64,000 bases of DNA from the NCBI GenBank assembly GCA_011109175.1, contig RDEW01000018.1, positions 820,510 to 884,509 of the forward strand. Reading direction: 5' to 3'. This DNA comes from Dicyema japonicum (lineage: Eukaryota; Animalia; Dicyemida). This document shows positions 24,227 through 36,824 of the stretch, in pieces; the first letter of the stretch is position 1, and every line of letters begins with the position of its first letter. Position numbers and translations under genes: made by a program. The notes beneath the pieces were generated by a model that was given only the letters and a program-made list of their open reading frames with translations, made no database searches and was not told where the DNA came from.

Positions 24227-25019
24227 GTCACACAATATTACTTATTTTTAAATTAATATTATTTTTTAATATATATTTGAGTTTTTATTATTACCAAAAC
24301 TTTAGTTGACTCTAGTTGACGTTTGAAAAAATCAGTTCATTACACGAGAAAAATACGTTCTATACGACGTCTAATTGGCACTCGTTCTTTCCTGCTGGAG
24401 TCGTCAAGAAACAGTAAATCCAATATGTGTGTCCATGTCACTACCGGCAAATGGTCAGTTCTTCTTTAGACGTCATTCTTATTTCGATATTTAACATCTC
24501 TGAGTCGCACATGAAGCAATAATGATTATCACGTTTTAGAAGTCTTAATCAAGATATTTTTGGAGGTGGAATATGATGAAAGTAATTGTAATGATGAGCA
24601 CTTATATTACTGCATCTACAAACTGTAGATAAATCACCCCCAAATATTGAATAGGCCTGTTTCGCGTGGAGATTTGCGATATCCTACCCATGACTGATAA
24701 ACTAAACTTAATCAAACGAAGAACTTTACATCTTATTCCTGCATCTATCCATCTCGCCCCCACCACTCTCAAATTCAAGAGAAACCATTTGATGATGATG
24801 CAAAGCAAGAAAGTGTACTAGTATTAACCGATTGAGTTCCTTTGTATGAATTCACTGTATATTTTGTGTTCAACACATAAAATCCCGCAAGGAGAGTTGT
24901 GGATTATTTGAAACTGTGAACACATAATTATTGGTTATTAATATATTTATTGTTGGTGATTAGGTTTTCTAATAATAATATTGTAAATGACAAGATATTG
25001 AATAAAGTAAAGTGAAAGA

Positions 25020-26762
25020 TTAAGGTGGTCCCCATATAATGACCTTCTCATCATCTGAACAACTAGCAATCATCATGTGATTGATAGGATTCCAGTGAAC
25101 AGCATTAACAGTAGCCTTATGTTGATCAAGTTTAAAAATGGTTTTATTTTTGTGAATATTCCAAATACAAACGTGATTATCTAAAAAGAAAGAAGGTAGA
25201 ACTTTGAGAGCCAGAAGCAAAGAATGATTGTCCAAGTCCTCCAAATGATGCTCTAATATTGAATATAGAAATATTAGCACCAATAAAAGTATTAAGTTTA
25301 ACCTTATTCCTAAAATCCCACAAAGTAATAGTCTATTGAATAATATAAAATATACAGAATTATTTAAAGAGAGTAAAAGATATTCTTCTAAGGAATCAAA
25401 CTCAATGGAGACAATTGGATAGTCTTCTTGAATGAGAACAGTAAAGTTGACATTAATTAAGTTATAAGAGACAATTCTATTATGAGTGTCAGCTATAACA
25501 ACACATCCACTCCTGAGACAGTAAAGTCCTACACATCTGATTCCCTGATGTGAGAATACAACATTTCCATTTAAATTCTAAATAAATGATATAATTACTG
25601 ATAATATAAGATTCCCACATTTTCCTCCTACAATAAACTGTCCAGTAGTAATAGTATCCCAGGTGGCATGCTGAATATCACAATTAAATGTAATTCGTCT
25701 GTGAGAATTATTCTATTAGTAATTACAATAATAAACCTCCATATCAAAGAGAATAACAAAGTTTGATGGTTTAGAGGCTATTGAACACAATAAATATTCT
25801 CCATTCGAATTCCAATGTAAATCAGATATTGGTGCATCATCATTACAACTTACTACACATTTTCTTGTTATTTTATATTTCTAATATTAATACTCACTTA
25901 CATTAACATTAAATATTACTAAATTACCATCACTAACACCAACAGCCAAATGTAAACCATTAGGAGAAAATTTACATGACAATACTGCATCTGAACATTC
26001 TATTTCTTTAATATTATGGATTGGAATCGATTCCCTTTATTTATTATTATTTATACTTTGCACATGAATGATCCACTAATAAACTAATATTTGATAATTC
26101 TTTATTATGGTAATCACAATTCTTTATTTGCATTTGTATTGCCTGATTTAGTAATATACGTAGACGATTAGGTGGTACAATAACATCACAAGGTAATATA
26201 TTATTTATTTTATTTACTAATCCTACTCTTTCTTCATTACTATTTTTCAATAATAATTTTGCAATTTCCAATATGTCCACACAATTTGATTTTAATATAT
26301 CTATTCGCATACATACAAATGCTTCCTCATAATTACCATTCTCCACCAATTCTATTAACTTTCTCTTCAATATTAAATATTTTATTTTCTAATAATCATC
26401 ATCATTCATACTTCAACTAATGAACCTTCCAACACATCAATCAACAACTTTGTCTTCTCATAAGCCTATCATTATATTATATATTACATCATCCCATTTT
26501 CCTTCCATTATGCATTCATTTATAGTCATTACTATTGAGTTTTCCATTATAACACCTGTCTCTTTCCTCAATTCACTTAATGTTGAACTAGTATTCTTTA
26601 TTATTATATACTTTAATCCCAAGTACTTCAATTCTTGACCAATCAGTCTTAGTCTTTCCTTCTCACGTACTGAAAACTCTTTTATATCATCACAATCCAT
26701 TAATTTTATACGTTTTGCCGACGATGTATTATCAATCACTAACAATAATAACAACACATACT
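25020..26762 (-). CDS. WDR26: WD repeat protein 26 (CTLH/GID complex, GID7)
   Basis: LisH/CTLH RLIGQELKYLGL...IMEGKWD, VPPNRLRILLNQAIQMQ..C.YHN, WD repeats, ending HKATVNAVHWNP...ASCSDDEKVIIWGPP. Confidence 0.92.
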
Positions 26763-27099
26763 ATTTTTAAATTATATATTTATTTTATTTTATAAAATTA
26801 TCATTAATCTTTTTTAATGGATATACAGTAGGTGTGATTTAACATCACTGTTTTAGGCATCCTCGTAATAATTTAGTAATGCCGTATACCAACTGAGAAG
26901 TTATATCGATCGGATCTGATCGGCTCTGAAAACAGTGTTATTTTGGGAGTTTGGATGGGATTGTACATCAACTAAACGATAGCACATATGTTCAAAAGTG
27001 AGCTCATAAACAAACAAGAACACTGTCCCGTCTGGGTGGCACTTATACTATACAGGACATTTCTTTTGCTGCTGCTTTTCTTGCGACTGATATTTCTGT

Positions 27100-27377
27100 G
27101 AGTGTAACGGTTGCCGGAAAAGAGGCCTGAATGTCTCTAGTTCAAATCCCGATACTCTACATTTCGGTTGAAGGTTCCACGCATCAATAGTGAACACTTC
27201 ACTGCGGAACTGGATCGTCTATATAGGACATACATCCAAGAAAAAGAAAACAAAGAAGTGAAGAGCATTCCTTGATTCTCCCTCGTCGATTAGCTATGAT
27301 AATTGGTATTTGCTTAAAATAAAGTGTGTGTTCTGCCAGAGGGTAGCGATAGCTGCTATGGCTCCTCGGAAAGTGCA
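27100..27377 (+). mobile_element. SINE copy C: same core, different tRNA-like head and tail
   Basis: Head GTGTAACGG...AGTTCAAATCC; core GAAGGTTCCACGCAT...CACTGCGGAACTGGAT...CAAGAAAAAGAAAA...GTGAAGAGCATTCCTTG shared with copies A, B and D. Confidence 0.7.
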
Positions 27378-27419
27378 TTGTTTTTTATATTTCTGTGAAT
27401 GTTATATATGACTTACAAA

Positions 27420-28640
27420 TCAGACCATAAACCAAATCATTTTGAGAATTACAAAAAAACAAAGGTTTCCGTTGGTCCGTCTTCAACGTCTTTCGCAGCC
27501 TATTGATTCTGAAACACGAGCTCTCATTCATACCAGAAATAAACAGTCAATGAACGTCAGTGAAAGGATGTCAAAACTAAATAACAAAATCATGCGGAAC
27601 ATCACAAAACACAACAAAGGACGTTTAGAAGCCATGCTGAATACCACTATATTATGGAGTTCTAAAAGGAGGCCCAAGAAGTGTTCTTCACAGTTAATTG
27701 CACATAGTGAGCCGTGACAAAATCCCAATGACTTTATGGAATAATAATATGTGAATATCAGTCATAAACCATATTCAAAGATCTGTATCTTCGTTCAGGT
27801 CATGTTCGAAAGAATAAATGTCCCAACATAATTCTAAGCTGTAATCGTATAATCATAATAATTTTAATGCTCTTATTCCAATAACTCTAATCCTCTTTGT
27901 AAAAGTTTTTATTAAGAAAAGAAAAGAGAGTAAACCGTTATATAGCGGCTGAGATCCACCATGTTAGGTCATCGTATGCCCGCTGTCCTGCATAAATTAT
28001 GTCCGTTATCTCGTTAAGGTCATCAAGGGGTTGCATAGTAGTATAGTTGGATATCACAGCAATTCAATTCATTAAGCAAATCAACTCTGACCAATTTGAA
28101 CGGTGTCTTTTGAGTATAAACTCTTGTATCTCGTGGGATAGAGCTAGCTCCTTGATTTGAACATTCAAAGCCTCAACACATATTCCAATATATACAGATT
28201 TTACTCACTGAGCTTTTTCGGAAATTTTGCGGACTGAACATCTTTTACATTCATCCTCTCTTCTCTGCCTTAAGCAGTTTATTGACTTTGGATATGCCTT
28301 TATTAGTGGAGAAGCGGTAATTGAAGGAGTCAGGGATCAGTTGCCATTCTCCACGAGGGATCCTTCCAAACCTAGCTTTGGAACATTTAAAAACATCAGT
28401 CATCCACTCGCATTTTTCTGAGCTGTCAACACTAGCGATTAAATACTTAAGAGGAAGGAGGTGCACAGGTCGTTTTTCAAGGTCCTGACAAATATCACGG
28501 GGTTCACACAGTACTGAATCCGCCGTCCAACTCCAGGTTCTGTATTTTCATTAATTGTCTCAGTAGGAGGGCCACCATAATTTGTTTTTTCTTTTGCGAA
28601 AACTGACAGCCAAGTGAAATTCAAATTAAAAATTGTAATA
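27420..28640 (-). mobile_element. Decayed BEL/Pao-like integrase remnant
   Basis: HGGSQPL, HFLGLL, KRPLLCF...DILSLTFIDCL, TNGNL loosely follow BEL integrase motifs; many stops. Confidence 0.3.
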
Positions 28641-28957
28641 AAAAGGTATATAAACATATGCACTAAAGATTTTTTTGTTTTAATTTGATGTAAACGTTGT
28701 GTAAAACATTAGTTAATTCTGATTCTCCATCAAAAATGAGCTCTCTCAGAAAAAAAATTATTTTATTTATAAAAACTTACAAATTTTCTATAAATATTAG
28801 TCATAAAATTAATAGCATTTAAACAACATGACATTTGTTTTGTTTATTACTTAATTTATTGCATGCAAATTGTTTAGTCAATTGTACAGATTTGTGATAA
28901 TCAATTTGATTATTTGATGATAAAATTCTATTAATTCTACAAATATAATAATATATA

Positions 28958-31900
28958 AGCCCCACTTTATTTAACAAACAATAAAAAAAAGTTAATATAT
29001 TTATTAATCAACAACCTTCCTCGCCTGCCTGTTCGCCAGCCTCCTCAGGCAGGTTCGATTCTGGTTGCTGAAACAACTCCGAGAGCGCTTTGTCTAATTG
29101 AACCCTCTGCCCATATGGCATCTCAGGGCTCTGCCTCCTATACTCCAGTGTCAGGCTCTCTAGGGTCCGCTTTAACACAGTGGACTGTAGATAGGCCTGG
29201 AGCTTCCTATCTACCCCCAACTGCTTCAGATAACCCTTGTGGTACTTTGTTGCAATTCCTTCCCACGTCATTACTATAGGAATAACGAGGACCTTGCAAC
29301 CAAGCATCTGCCCCATCTCGTTTGCAAGAAAGTCATACTTCCTTTTTTTCTCCACCTCCACAGTCTGCAAACGGTCTTGAGACGTGATGCCAACCTCTAT
29401 GATAAGGACTTGGCCAGACTCCTTATCGTGTACCACAATGTCCGGTTTATTGTGCTTGACTAGCACCGAGGTACGGATAACACTGTCTACCTTAATTTGG
29501 ACCCTGGTGTTCTCTACTACAGATTGCACCTTATGAGTCCGCAACTTTCTGGTGTGGCGAATACCATACTTATTGCATAGTAGAAGATGAAGACTCCTTA
29601 CTACCTCGTTGTGCCTCCACACATAGTCGTGGCAGAGCATGGATCCACATCGAGTGGCTAAATGATCAACCGACATGCTCCTTGACTTACAGTGGGGACA
29701 TGTATTTGTTGATCGACCCCAAAAAATATTGCGGTCTTGCATATACGTGTACAACGCCTCCGATCGAGGTGAGTTGTCACCGTATTTTAGCCATATTGTC
29801 GACGACTTAAGGTCGACATGTGGGTTGTCCAATGCTCTGAAGAGGACCTTATGAAGGCTTTTTAAGTTGATCTTTTCCATCAAATTATTATATTGTAATT
29901 CGATCAACGCCTTCACATTTACTAGCCCACCATCATCAACACCATACTTAGCAGACAAAAAAGGTCTGATAGTGCCTAGGTGGGTTGCCCGTGTTTTCTC
30001 GGTCGTTATTATGGCGTGCTTCCTAGCAGACACACTTGACCCAGCTATCAGGGTGTCGTGCATTCGCATTAGGATGCGCTCACTTAGTTGGACTACTCCA
30101 CACAGTCCACGGCCGAATTTATCACGGGGTAAATATAGTCTCTCCTTATTGGCTGCCAACACATGGACATGGTTCTCTCTGAGTACTCCACGGATCATAA
30201 CATCCATCTCATCATACTCTTTGGGCTCAAACTCCACAACACCTATGTAGTAGTTTAGCAGCGAGACAGCATACTCATTTAATGCTAGGAACAAATTCCT
30301 TGCATTTAGAGACGTCTTACACAATAACGCTGCTCTTTTACGGATGCCTTCAGTAATTTGTCGCTTTGTCTCAGGCATTATAAGGGACTTTGGAGATTCG
30401 GTAACACCCAGATACTTATATCCTTCGTGTTCCTCTAGGACTCTTACTAACTCGCTACATACTTGCGTGTTAGTCGCAGACTTTGAATAATTCAAATCTA
30501 GCCCTATACTCTCAAAGAATTCCCTGGCACAGACCCCCATGGAGTAGAGCTCCTCGGCTGTTCGAGCATACATCTTCAGTCATCGATAAAAAGAAGGTGA
30601 TTTGTACTGAAACAGACCCCTTCACAATGAACTGGTATTTGCTCAAACCGGTCATTGAGGCGGCGACTCAATGGCTCCAAACAGAGAACAAAGAGTAGCG
30701 GAGACATGCTATCCCCCTGAAGGATCCCCCTCTTGAGTTTTACCTCGCCTATCCGGTGCCTATTATAGTTCAGATGAATACTCCACCTATTCATCACAGC
30801 CACTACAAAGCTGATGAACCACACAGGCATACACAGACTGTGTAGGCACTCGACAAGGTAAGAATGATCAACTGAATCGTAAGCCTTCTTCACATCCACC
30901 CACATAGACAAAAGTGAGTTTCCGTGAGACACAGAAAGGCATTTGTTGATCAAAGCCTGCTCTTTTGCCCCCTGACAATTTCGAACAGTTCCCAACTGAT
31001 TCTCGGAGAGAATCCCATTTGCGTCTACAAAGCTTCTGACCTCATTAGCCACTAATTTGGTCATCAGCTTATACAGGGTTGGCATGCAGGTTATCGGTCG
31101 ATAATCTGCAGCAGACTGGGGGTTGTCCAGCTTTGGGATCAAATAAGTTGTCCCTGTGCATGCCCAATCAGGAATCGTTTCCGGGTTAGTGATGCTTTTC
31201 TGTAATACACGACACATAGACTCGTGTAATGAAGTGCATCTTTTGATAAAGAAATTATAAACTTTATCGACCCCGGTCGTCTTCCAATCAGGGAGATGTC
31301 TCACTACCGCCTCAAATTTCTTGCGAAAATCGAAAATTCCGCAAGATTCCGCCAAGAAAGGAGCGGCGCTGTACGGGACATTCCACGCATTTCCTCTGCG
31401 TGGTTTAGCCTCCCACATACTACCCCATGTGGAAAGCATTTCCGCGTCCTGCTGGGAACATACACTATGGCCATTTTCGTGTAGGCGACGGTAAAACAAT
31501 CTGCGATTAAACTCAAACAGATTATTTTCTCTCCTTCTCTTACACCGACTTTCATGTGTATAGAGTTTCCTCTTATACACCATTATTGCCCCCTCTAACT
31601 CCACCTTTGCCCTCCTCAACTCTTTGAGGTCCCATTTGGGAACACGGAGTTTACTAATTAGCCCCTTTACTATAGCCGGTGCTTTTCCTCTAACCCCTCT
31701 CGCCACACTACTTATGTGCCCCTCCAGTGCTTCCAGCTCAGTCTGTCTCCAAGCAATCTTGGCACAGATCTGCTCCCTCCATTTACTGGGTGGTCTGGGC
31801 TTGTCCGTCAATTCCTCATAGGTGATCTGTGCTGCATACAGCACTAGGGAGATGTCACCCAATGACCCTACTGGCTTAGCCTCCACCGCATAAGCCACAG

Positions 31901-32423
31901 CCTTATTGATGCAGGTTAACACTCCACCGTTAACCTTACAATGAGGAATCTTGCGGGTAAATCTACGGTCCTCAAGTGGGACATCTGCCGCTGCAGCGAG
32001 ATTCCGCGCAAAGACCTCATAAACATGCTTGAGCTGCAACGTATCACAGCTCTGGTGCTCGTGCTCTCTTTGACAGTTGTGGTCACCTGGTCCCCGCCCC
32101 TTTAGACCAGTACCCTCTTTGCCTACAGCCATCTTCTTGAGTTCACTCACAGATATAGCAGTACTGAATCTGCCACTGCAGAGCTCCGCCAAGTATGGCC
32201 ATCCATTCCAGGGCATTCGAGATAGCCTGCTACGTACCTGCAGGACTACCTGCCTCGCCCATTCTTTTGGGTCATCTGCCACAACGCTCTCGGATATGGC
32301 AAGAATTACATTCATACCATCAGGTAACGCAAGTGACCCTTCTCCTTTTTTCCTTTCAACATTTTTGCCAACTCGAGAGAGTTTTAACGCCACCGAATCG
32401 AACGCACGTTGCATGTTATTTAT
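28958..32423 (-). mobile_element. Near-intact R4/Dong-like non-LTR retrotransposon (RT, CCHC, REL endonuclease) with 20-bp TSD
   Basis: ORFs 32414-30576 and 30573-29008 join through a 1-nt frameshift at FIDD(L)KMY. Motifs YRPITC, DVKKAYDSVDH, GILQGDSMSPLLF, CPHC...HLATRC...RHNEV, KPDIV...IIEVG...EKKRKY. TACAAATATAATAATATATA at 28938-28957 and 32424-32443. Confidence 0.93.
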
Positions 32424-33189
32424 TACAAATATAATAATATATACTTTTCATGTATTTTTTCACAATCTTCTGATAGTTTAAATAAATTTATTATTCCCTA
32501 TTATAATTATTAGTGTCATACATTATCACTCATTATTATTTGTCACTTAGTTATTAATTTATATTAAACAAATATATTAGTTTTAAGTCTATAATTTTAT
32601 CAAATAAAAAAGATTATAATTTTGCCTTAAATTAATTAATTTTGCATGTGAATAAAAATTCTTCCGATTAGGGATTATTTCATAGATTAATTTATTGATA
32701 AATGTAAAACATCGGACCATTCGTCCCACTGCCTTTTGCTTTTCACAAACAAAAGGAGAATCATATTTACGGTGATAAAGTTCGCATTCTTTAAACCATT
32801 CCAGACATTGATCCCAGTCAGTCGCACCTTAAAACGATTCACCACTGGGTTTCTATTAATATAATCAAAACCCCTGCTACTAACAAGCTTCTGGAATCTC
32901 TTTCCCTCCACATTGAAGGAAACAAAACTTCACTACCACCGGAAATTTGTGCCCTCTTGGTACACCTTTGGTCCTGTCACTATATGGCTATTTAAATAAA
33001 ATCGACTTTGCTGTTTTGTTCATTTTGTCTTCTAGATTAATAGAAGTGTCACATTTTCTCTTTTCCGTTTTCAGGTTCTGCGCCACCACATCCTCTCAGG
33101 ATCGTTGGCACATGGTTGTGACTTTCTTGTTAGTCACCTGTTTTCACTTGAAGGTACCGGGGTGAATAAATATTAAATAAAAGAAACAA

Positions 33190-33440
33190 ATCAAACACTA
33201 ACTGCCAAATGAGAGTAGGCATTAATGTGAAAGATGGCAATTCCAAGACGTTCACTGAACCAACGCCGCTTCCGAGGATCAACAGACCTGGATGAGATCG
33301 AACTATTTTCGGTGAACCTCTCTGATGACAAGCCAGACCACAGTCGAAGTCTTAAATGCAATTGGGACAAAATGGAAAAGGTCGCCAAGTGAAGAAAATT
33401 TCTCCATCCGGCAAAGTCAGAAGTAGTGCAGTCCGACCAC
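33190..33440 (-). mobile_element. 3' fragment of a CRE-clade element
   Basis: DPRKRRWFSERLGIAIFHINAYS. Confidence 0.6.
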
Positions 33441-33539
33441 AATTATAAAACAATTTAATTCCCACTGCCCATAACCAAAGAGACCTTCTAATATTATACA
33501 CAAGTAAATTCAGAGCCAAGAAAAAGATAAGAAAATATC

Positions 33540-35190
33540 CAGCCCAGCAGTTGCGTGGACAACTCAAATGAGTGGGAGATATAAAAAAAGATGCCATCTG
33601 ATGGACCTGGAGTCCTTGACAGCCCTCAGACATCTGAATAAAAGGATCAGTCAGAGTATAAAAGAACACAAGGACAAGAGATGGCTAGTTAACCACCTCG
33701 ACAGGAAAAGTACATCCCGACATTTACAAGTCAAGTCGGAGCTGGATGATGCAGACGGAACCGGAAAGTCTTTTCCTGAACACTTATGCCACCTACATCC
33801 TAACACCCTTATGAAACATTACGCTGGAATTAGCTTCAAACCATTCTCGAAACACCTGGACATTAAGGTGCGTGCCCATAAACCGAAGAAGAAACCTTAC
33901 CACGAACTATTCTCAGATGACCAAGTCTTGGATGTGATCACCAGATTAAAGAGCTCACGGGCGTGCGGGCCTGACAAAGTATCTTCTATTCACCTAAAAC
34001 ATCTAAGCCACTACGCAATTTGCAACCTCACGCATATATACAACCTGTCCATCAACTATAATATTACTCCCAAGATTTGGAAGAATTCTATCATCAGACC
34101 GATATTGAAGGATGGGAAACCAGAGACAGAACCTACCTCCTACAGGCCTATTTCCGTTACCATCACACTGTCAAAAATTATGGAGAAACTTGTACTATCA
34201 GTCATTATTCCGTATCTTCCACGTCCTATATTTCAACATGGTTTCCTCCGCGGTAGGTCCACCGCTACATACTTGGCAACCCTATCGCAGTCCATTGCCG
34301 ACGGTTTTAACACCCATCCCCCGCCTCACAAACGCACAATCTTGGTTTCTATTGACATCAACAAAGCCATTGACACTGTTTCGAGGAAAATCCTGGTTGG
34401 AAAAATATTTTCTACTAATATTCGTCCGAATGTGAAATTATGACTGGCCAACTTTTTGTCTGGAAGACGTGGAAGAGTATTCAGTGGTGATCTCAGATCT
34501 AGATCACGATTACTACCGAACGGGGTACCCCAGGGGTCTCCACTTTCACCAATTCTATTCAACCTATTCCTACACGACCTACCTAATGATGGAGACGAAG
34601 ATTCCCTGCTATCATCCTACGCAGACGATGTAGTCATTGCAATACGAAACCGCTCGACGCAAATCGCATCCCTTAAAACTCAGACAAAATTGAACACTCT
34701 CCACGATTAGAGGACCACGAGGAACATGGACTTTTCCGTTTCTACCCTCTACCAACAAACAATCGCGCCTGCCGTTGAGTATGCCTCCGTTGCATGGAGA
34801 TTCGCGCTATCGGAGTCTATGGTCCAAAGAATCAACTCGATACACCGGAAAACAATCAGTACGCTAATGGATCAACAGTCGACCCACTACTCATGGAAGC
34901 TAAGATCCGTAGTCGTGGCTCCGGATTTCTTCGCGTCTGTGAGGAAGATGGTAATTCGCTTCGCCTGATCCTTTCCACGGCAAGAGAAAACCGATTGGAT
35001 AAGAAATTCCCCTCCCCGATCGGATTCCTTTGCAAGATCGAGAGAAGGCTCTTCCGGAAAGTAGTGGGGACGATGGAAGATCACAGACGCCGAATGGCAC
35101 AATTGATTGCCGAGGACTGGGATCACCTAACTGTTTAACTCTTTTGTCTTTCTTTCTCGGTTTCCCGGGGTTATTAAAATAAAATAAATA
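33540..35190 (+). mobile_element. Ingi/Vingi-like LINE, RT region and 3' end (no RNase H seen)
   Basis: SRACGPD, SYRPISVT, QHGFLRGRST, DINKAIDTV, GVPQGSPLSPILFN, YADD; TGIT-stop at 35116-35130, then an A-rich tail. Confidence 0.85.
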
Positions 35191-35281
35191 AATGCCGCGT
35201 GGCGCCATGTAGTGCTTTGTGGCTAATTGGTTGAAGTTTCAGTTTTGTTCGTCTGTTCCCCTTCTTTCTTCCTATTAGAGT

Positions 35282-35344
35282 GGCGTCATGTGATCCACAA
35301 TTCTAGGTGGCACCCAGTGCTAGGCCGGCACGGAAAAGGATCAC
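35282..35344 (+). ncRNA. HDV-like pseudoknot candidate (variant type II), best P2
   Basis: P1 GGCGUC/GGCACC, P2 GUGAUCC/GGAUCAC (7 perfect bp), P3 AC(A)/GGU, J1/4 CA, P4 GUGC/GCAC, J4/2 GGAAAA. Confidence 0.6.
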
Positions 35345-35399
35345 TCCCCCACTCCACTGGGGCTTTGTTGATGTCATTCTCAGACGATAAAGAAATCGT

Positions 35400-36824
35400 C
35401 ATATGAGAATGAATTAAACTGACTAAATTAAAGACATGTGTGATAAGTGGATTAGCAAAGTGTAAATAATAATAATTGTAGGAAAGGGATACATTAACAA
35501 ATTATTTGATTCCTCATTGTAAAGAGAATGATGAAATAAACTCAATGGTAGTGAACCGAATATTGGATATGAAACTAAATATGTCATCAATACTAGAATA
35601 ATTAGACCAAGAATATATAAATAATTATTTATTAGAAACATTTTCATTATTGTGATCATGTCCAATTGGACAAATAAAGTTAGGAGTGTCATAATAGATG
35701 GAGTAATATATAATATAGTTAATAAAACAAAATGAGGAATTACAGGAAACTATGAAAATACTGAGTAATATTGTAGATGGAATAAACATTAATAATTATA
35801 CTTTGTGTGATTTAATAGTTGAAAAGTATTATTATAATAAAGTATTCAAGAACATTTACAGCAAGTAAAACAATTAAATTGGATAATATCAAATTATAAG
35901 AATTACAGGAATGTTGTATACTTTTGGGTATTTATAATATTAATAGATGAATATCCCTTTAAACCCTTTTTACTATCATTTGAGGAATCATTGAAAAGTG
36001 ATTAAGAGAGTTTATTATATAATGTTATATTTTTATTATATTTAGGAATTTGAGGCTGTTAATTATAGATTGGATGATTTACTCTAATGGATAATACTTG
36101 CTTAGATCTTAATTACATTACCCATATTATAACATTGTGATGATCTAATTACTCAATTTACACAATATGTCTATACTATTATGGATCCACTATCATTATT
36201 GGAATCTCATAAGCATATTATTGCCTTTTTAGGGTCTTTTGAGGGATCATCGATATCAAATGATTTATCATATACTTTCGGAAATATTAGACAATGATAC
36301 TATTTCATATGCTGGAGGTTGTCTATTTGTGTCATCAATTTCATTCATTTATTGAGGATTTGTACTTTTATTATTTAGATTAAAACATAAAATTGATTTT
36401 CTACACACAGTCACACAATACTCAACATATTATTTATTGTTTAAAGACATATTCACTTTTTCTGTAGATAAAGTCAAAATTTCGAGTCATGTCGTCCCCA
36501 AGCACCTCAATGCATTTTTTGTACTTTTGACATAAGGCACCTAGCACATATGTGCACAGATTACATCTGCAATCGATCTTCCTTTCCACTTTGTCCAGAT
36601 ATAAAAAACTGTTAACTTTGTTTTTTATTCAGTACAGTATAATAAGGGATAATTCTTTCCGTAATTTCGTTAATAGAATAATAGGTTTTAGATATGGAGG
36701 TCCTTTTGGTTTTCCTGGCTTCTGTATGGGGATTAACCACTCGCTGCCAATATCTAGTTCAGTGGTTCTCAACTCACCCAAATTGGGCGTTGGAAATTTT
36801 ACTTTTGGGCGGTGGGATTTGTAA
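35400..36824 (+). CDS. Unidentified multi-exon host gene (5' end not resolved)
   Basis: Open exon-like blocks separated by ~22-nt GT-AG tracts (near 35460, 36024, 36610); last exon ends GGPFGFPGF...GRWDL-stop. Confidence 0.45.

Noticed and set aside
32380-32423. HDV-like ribozyme at the 5' end of the R4-like element
   Set aside because: Only a 4-bp stem and a small hairpin could be formed; no P3/L3 core.
18074-35208. Numerous 60-160 aa overlapping or antisense ORFs within the GC-richer TEs
   Set aside because: No recognisable motifs; expected by chance in GC-richer coding DNA.
35184-35215. Minimal SRP Alu-domain-like fold with UGUNR
   Set aside because: No SRP S-domain/helix 8 downstream; too short to support.
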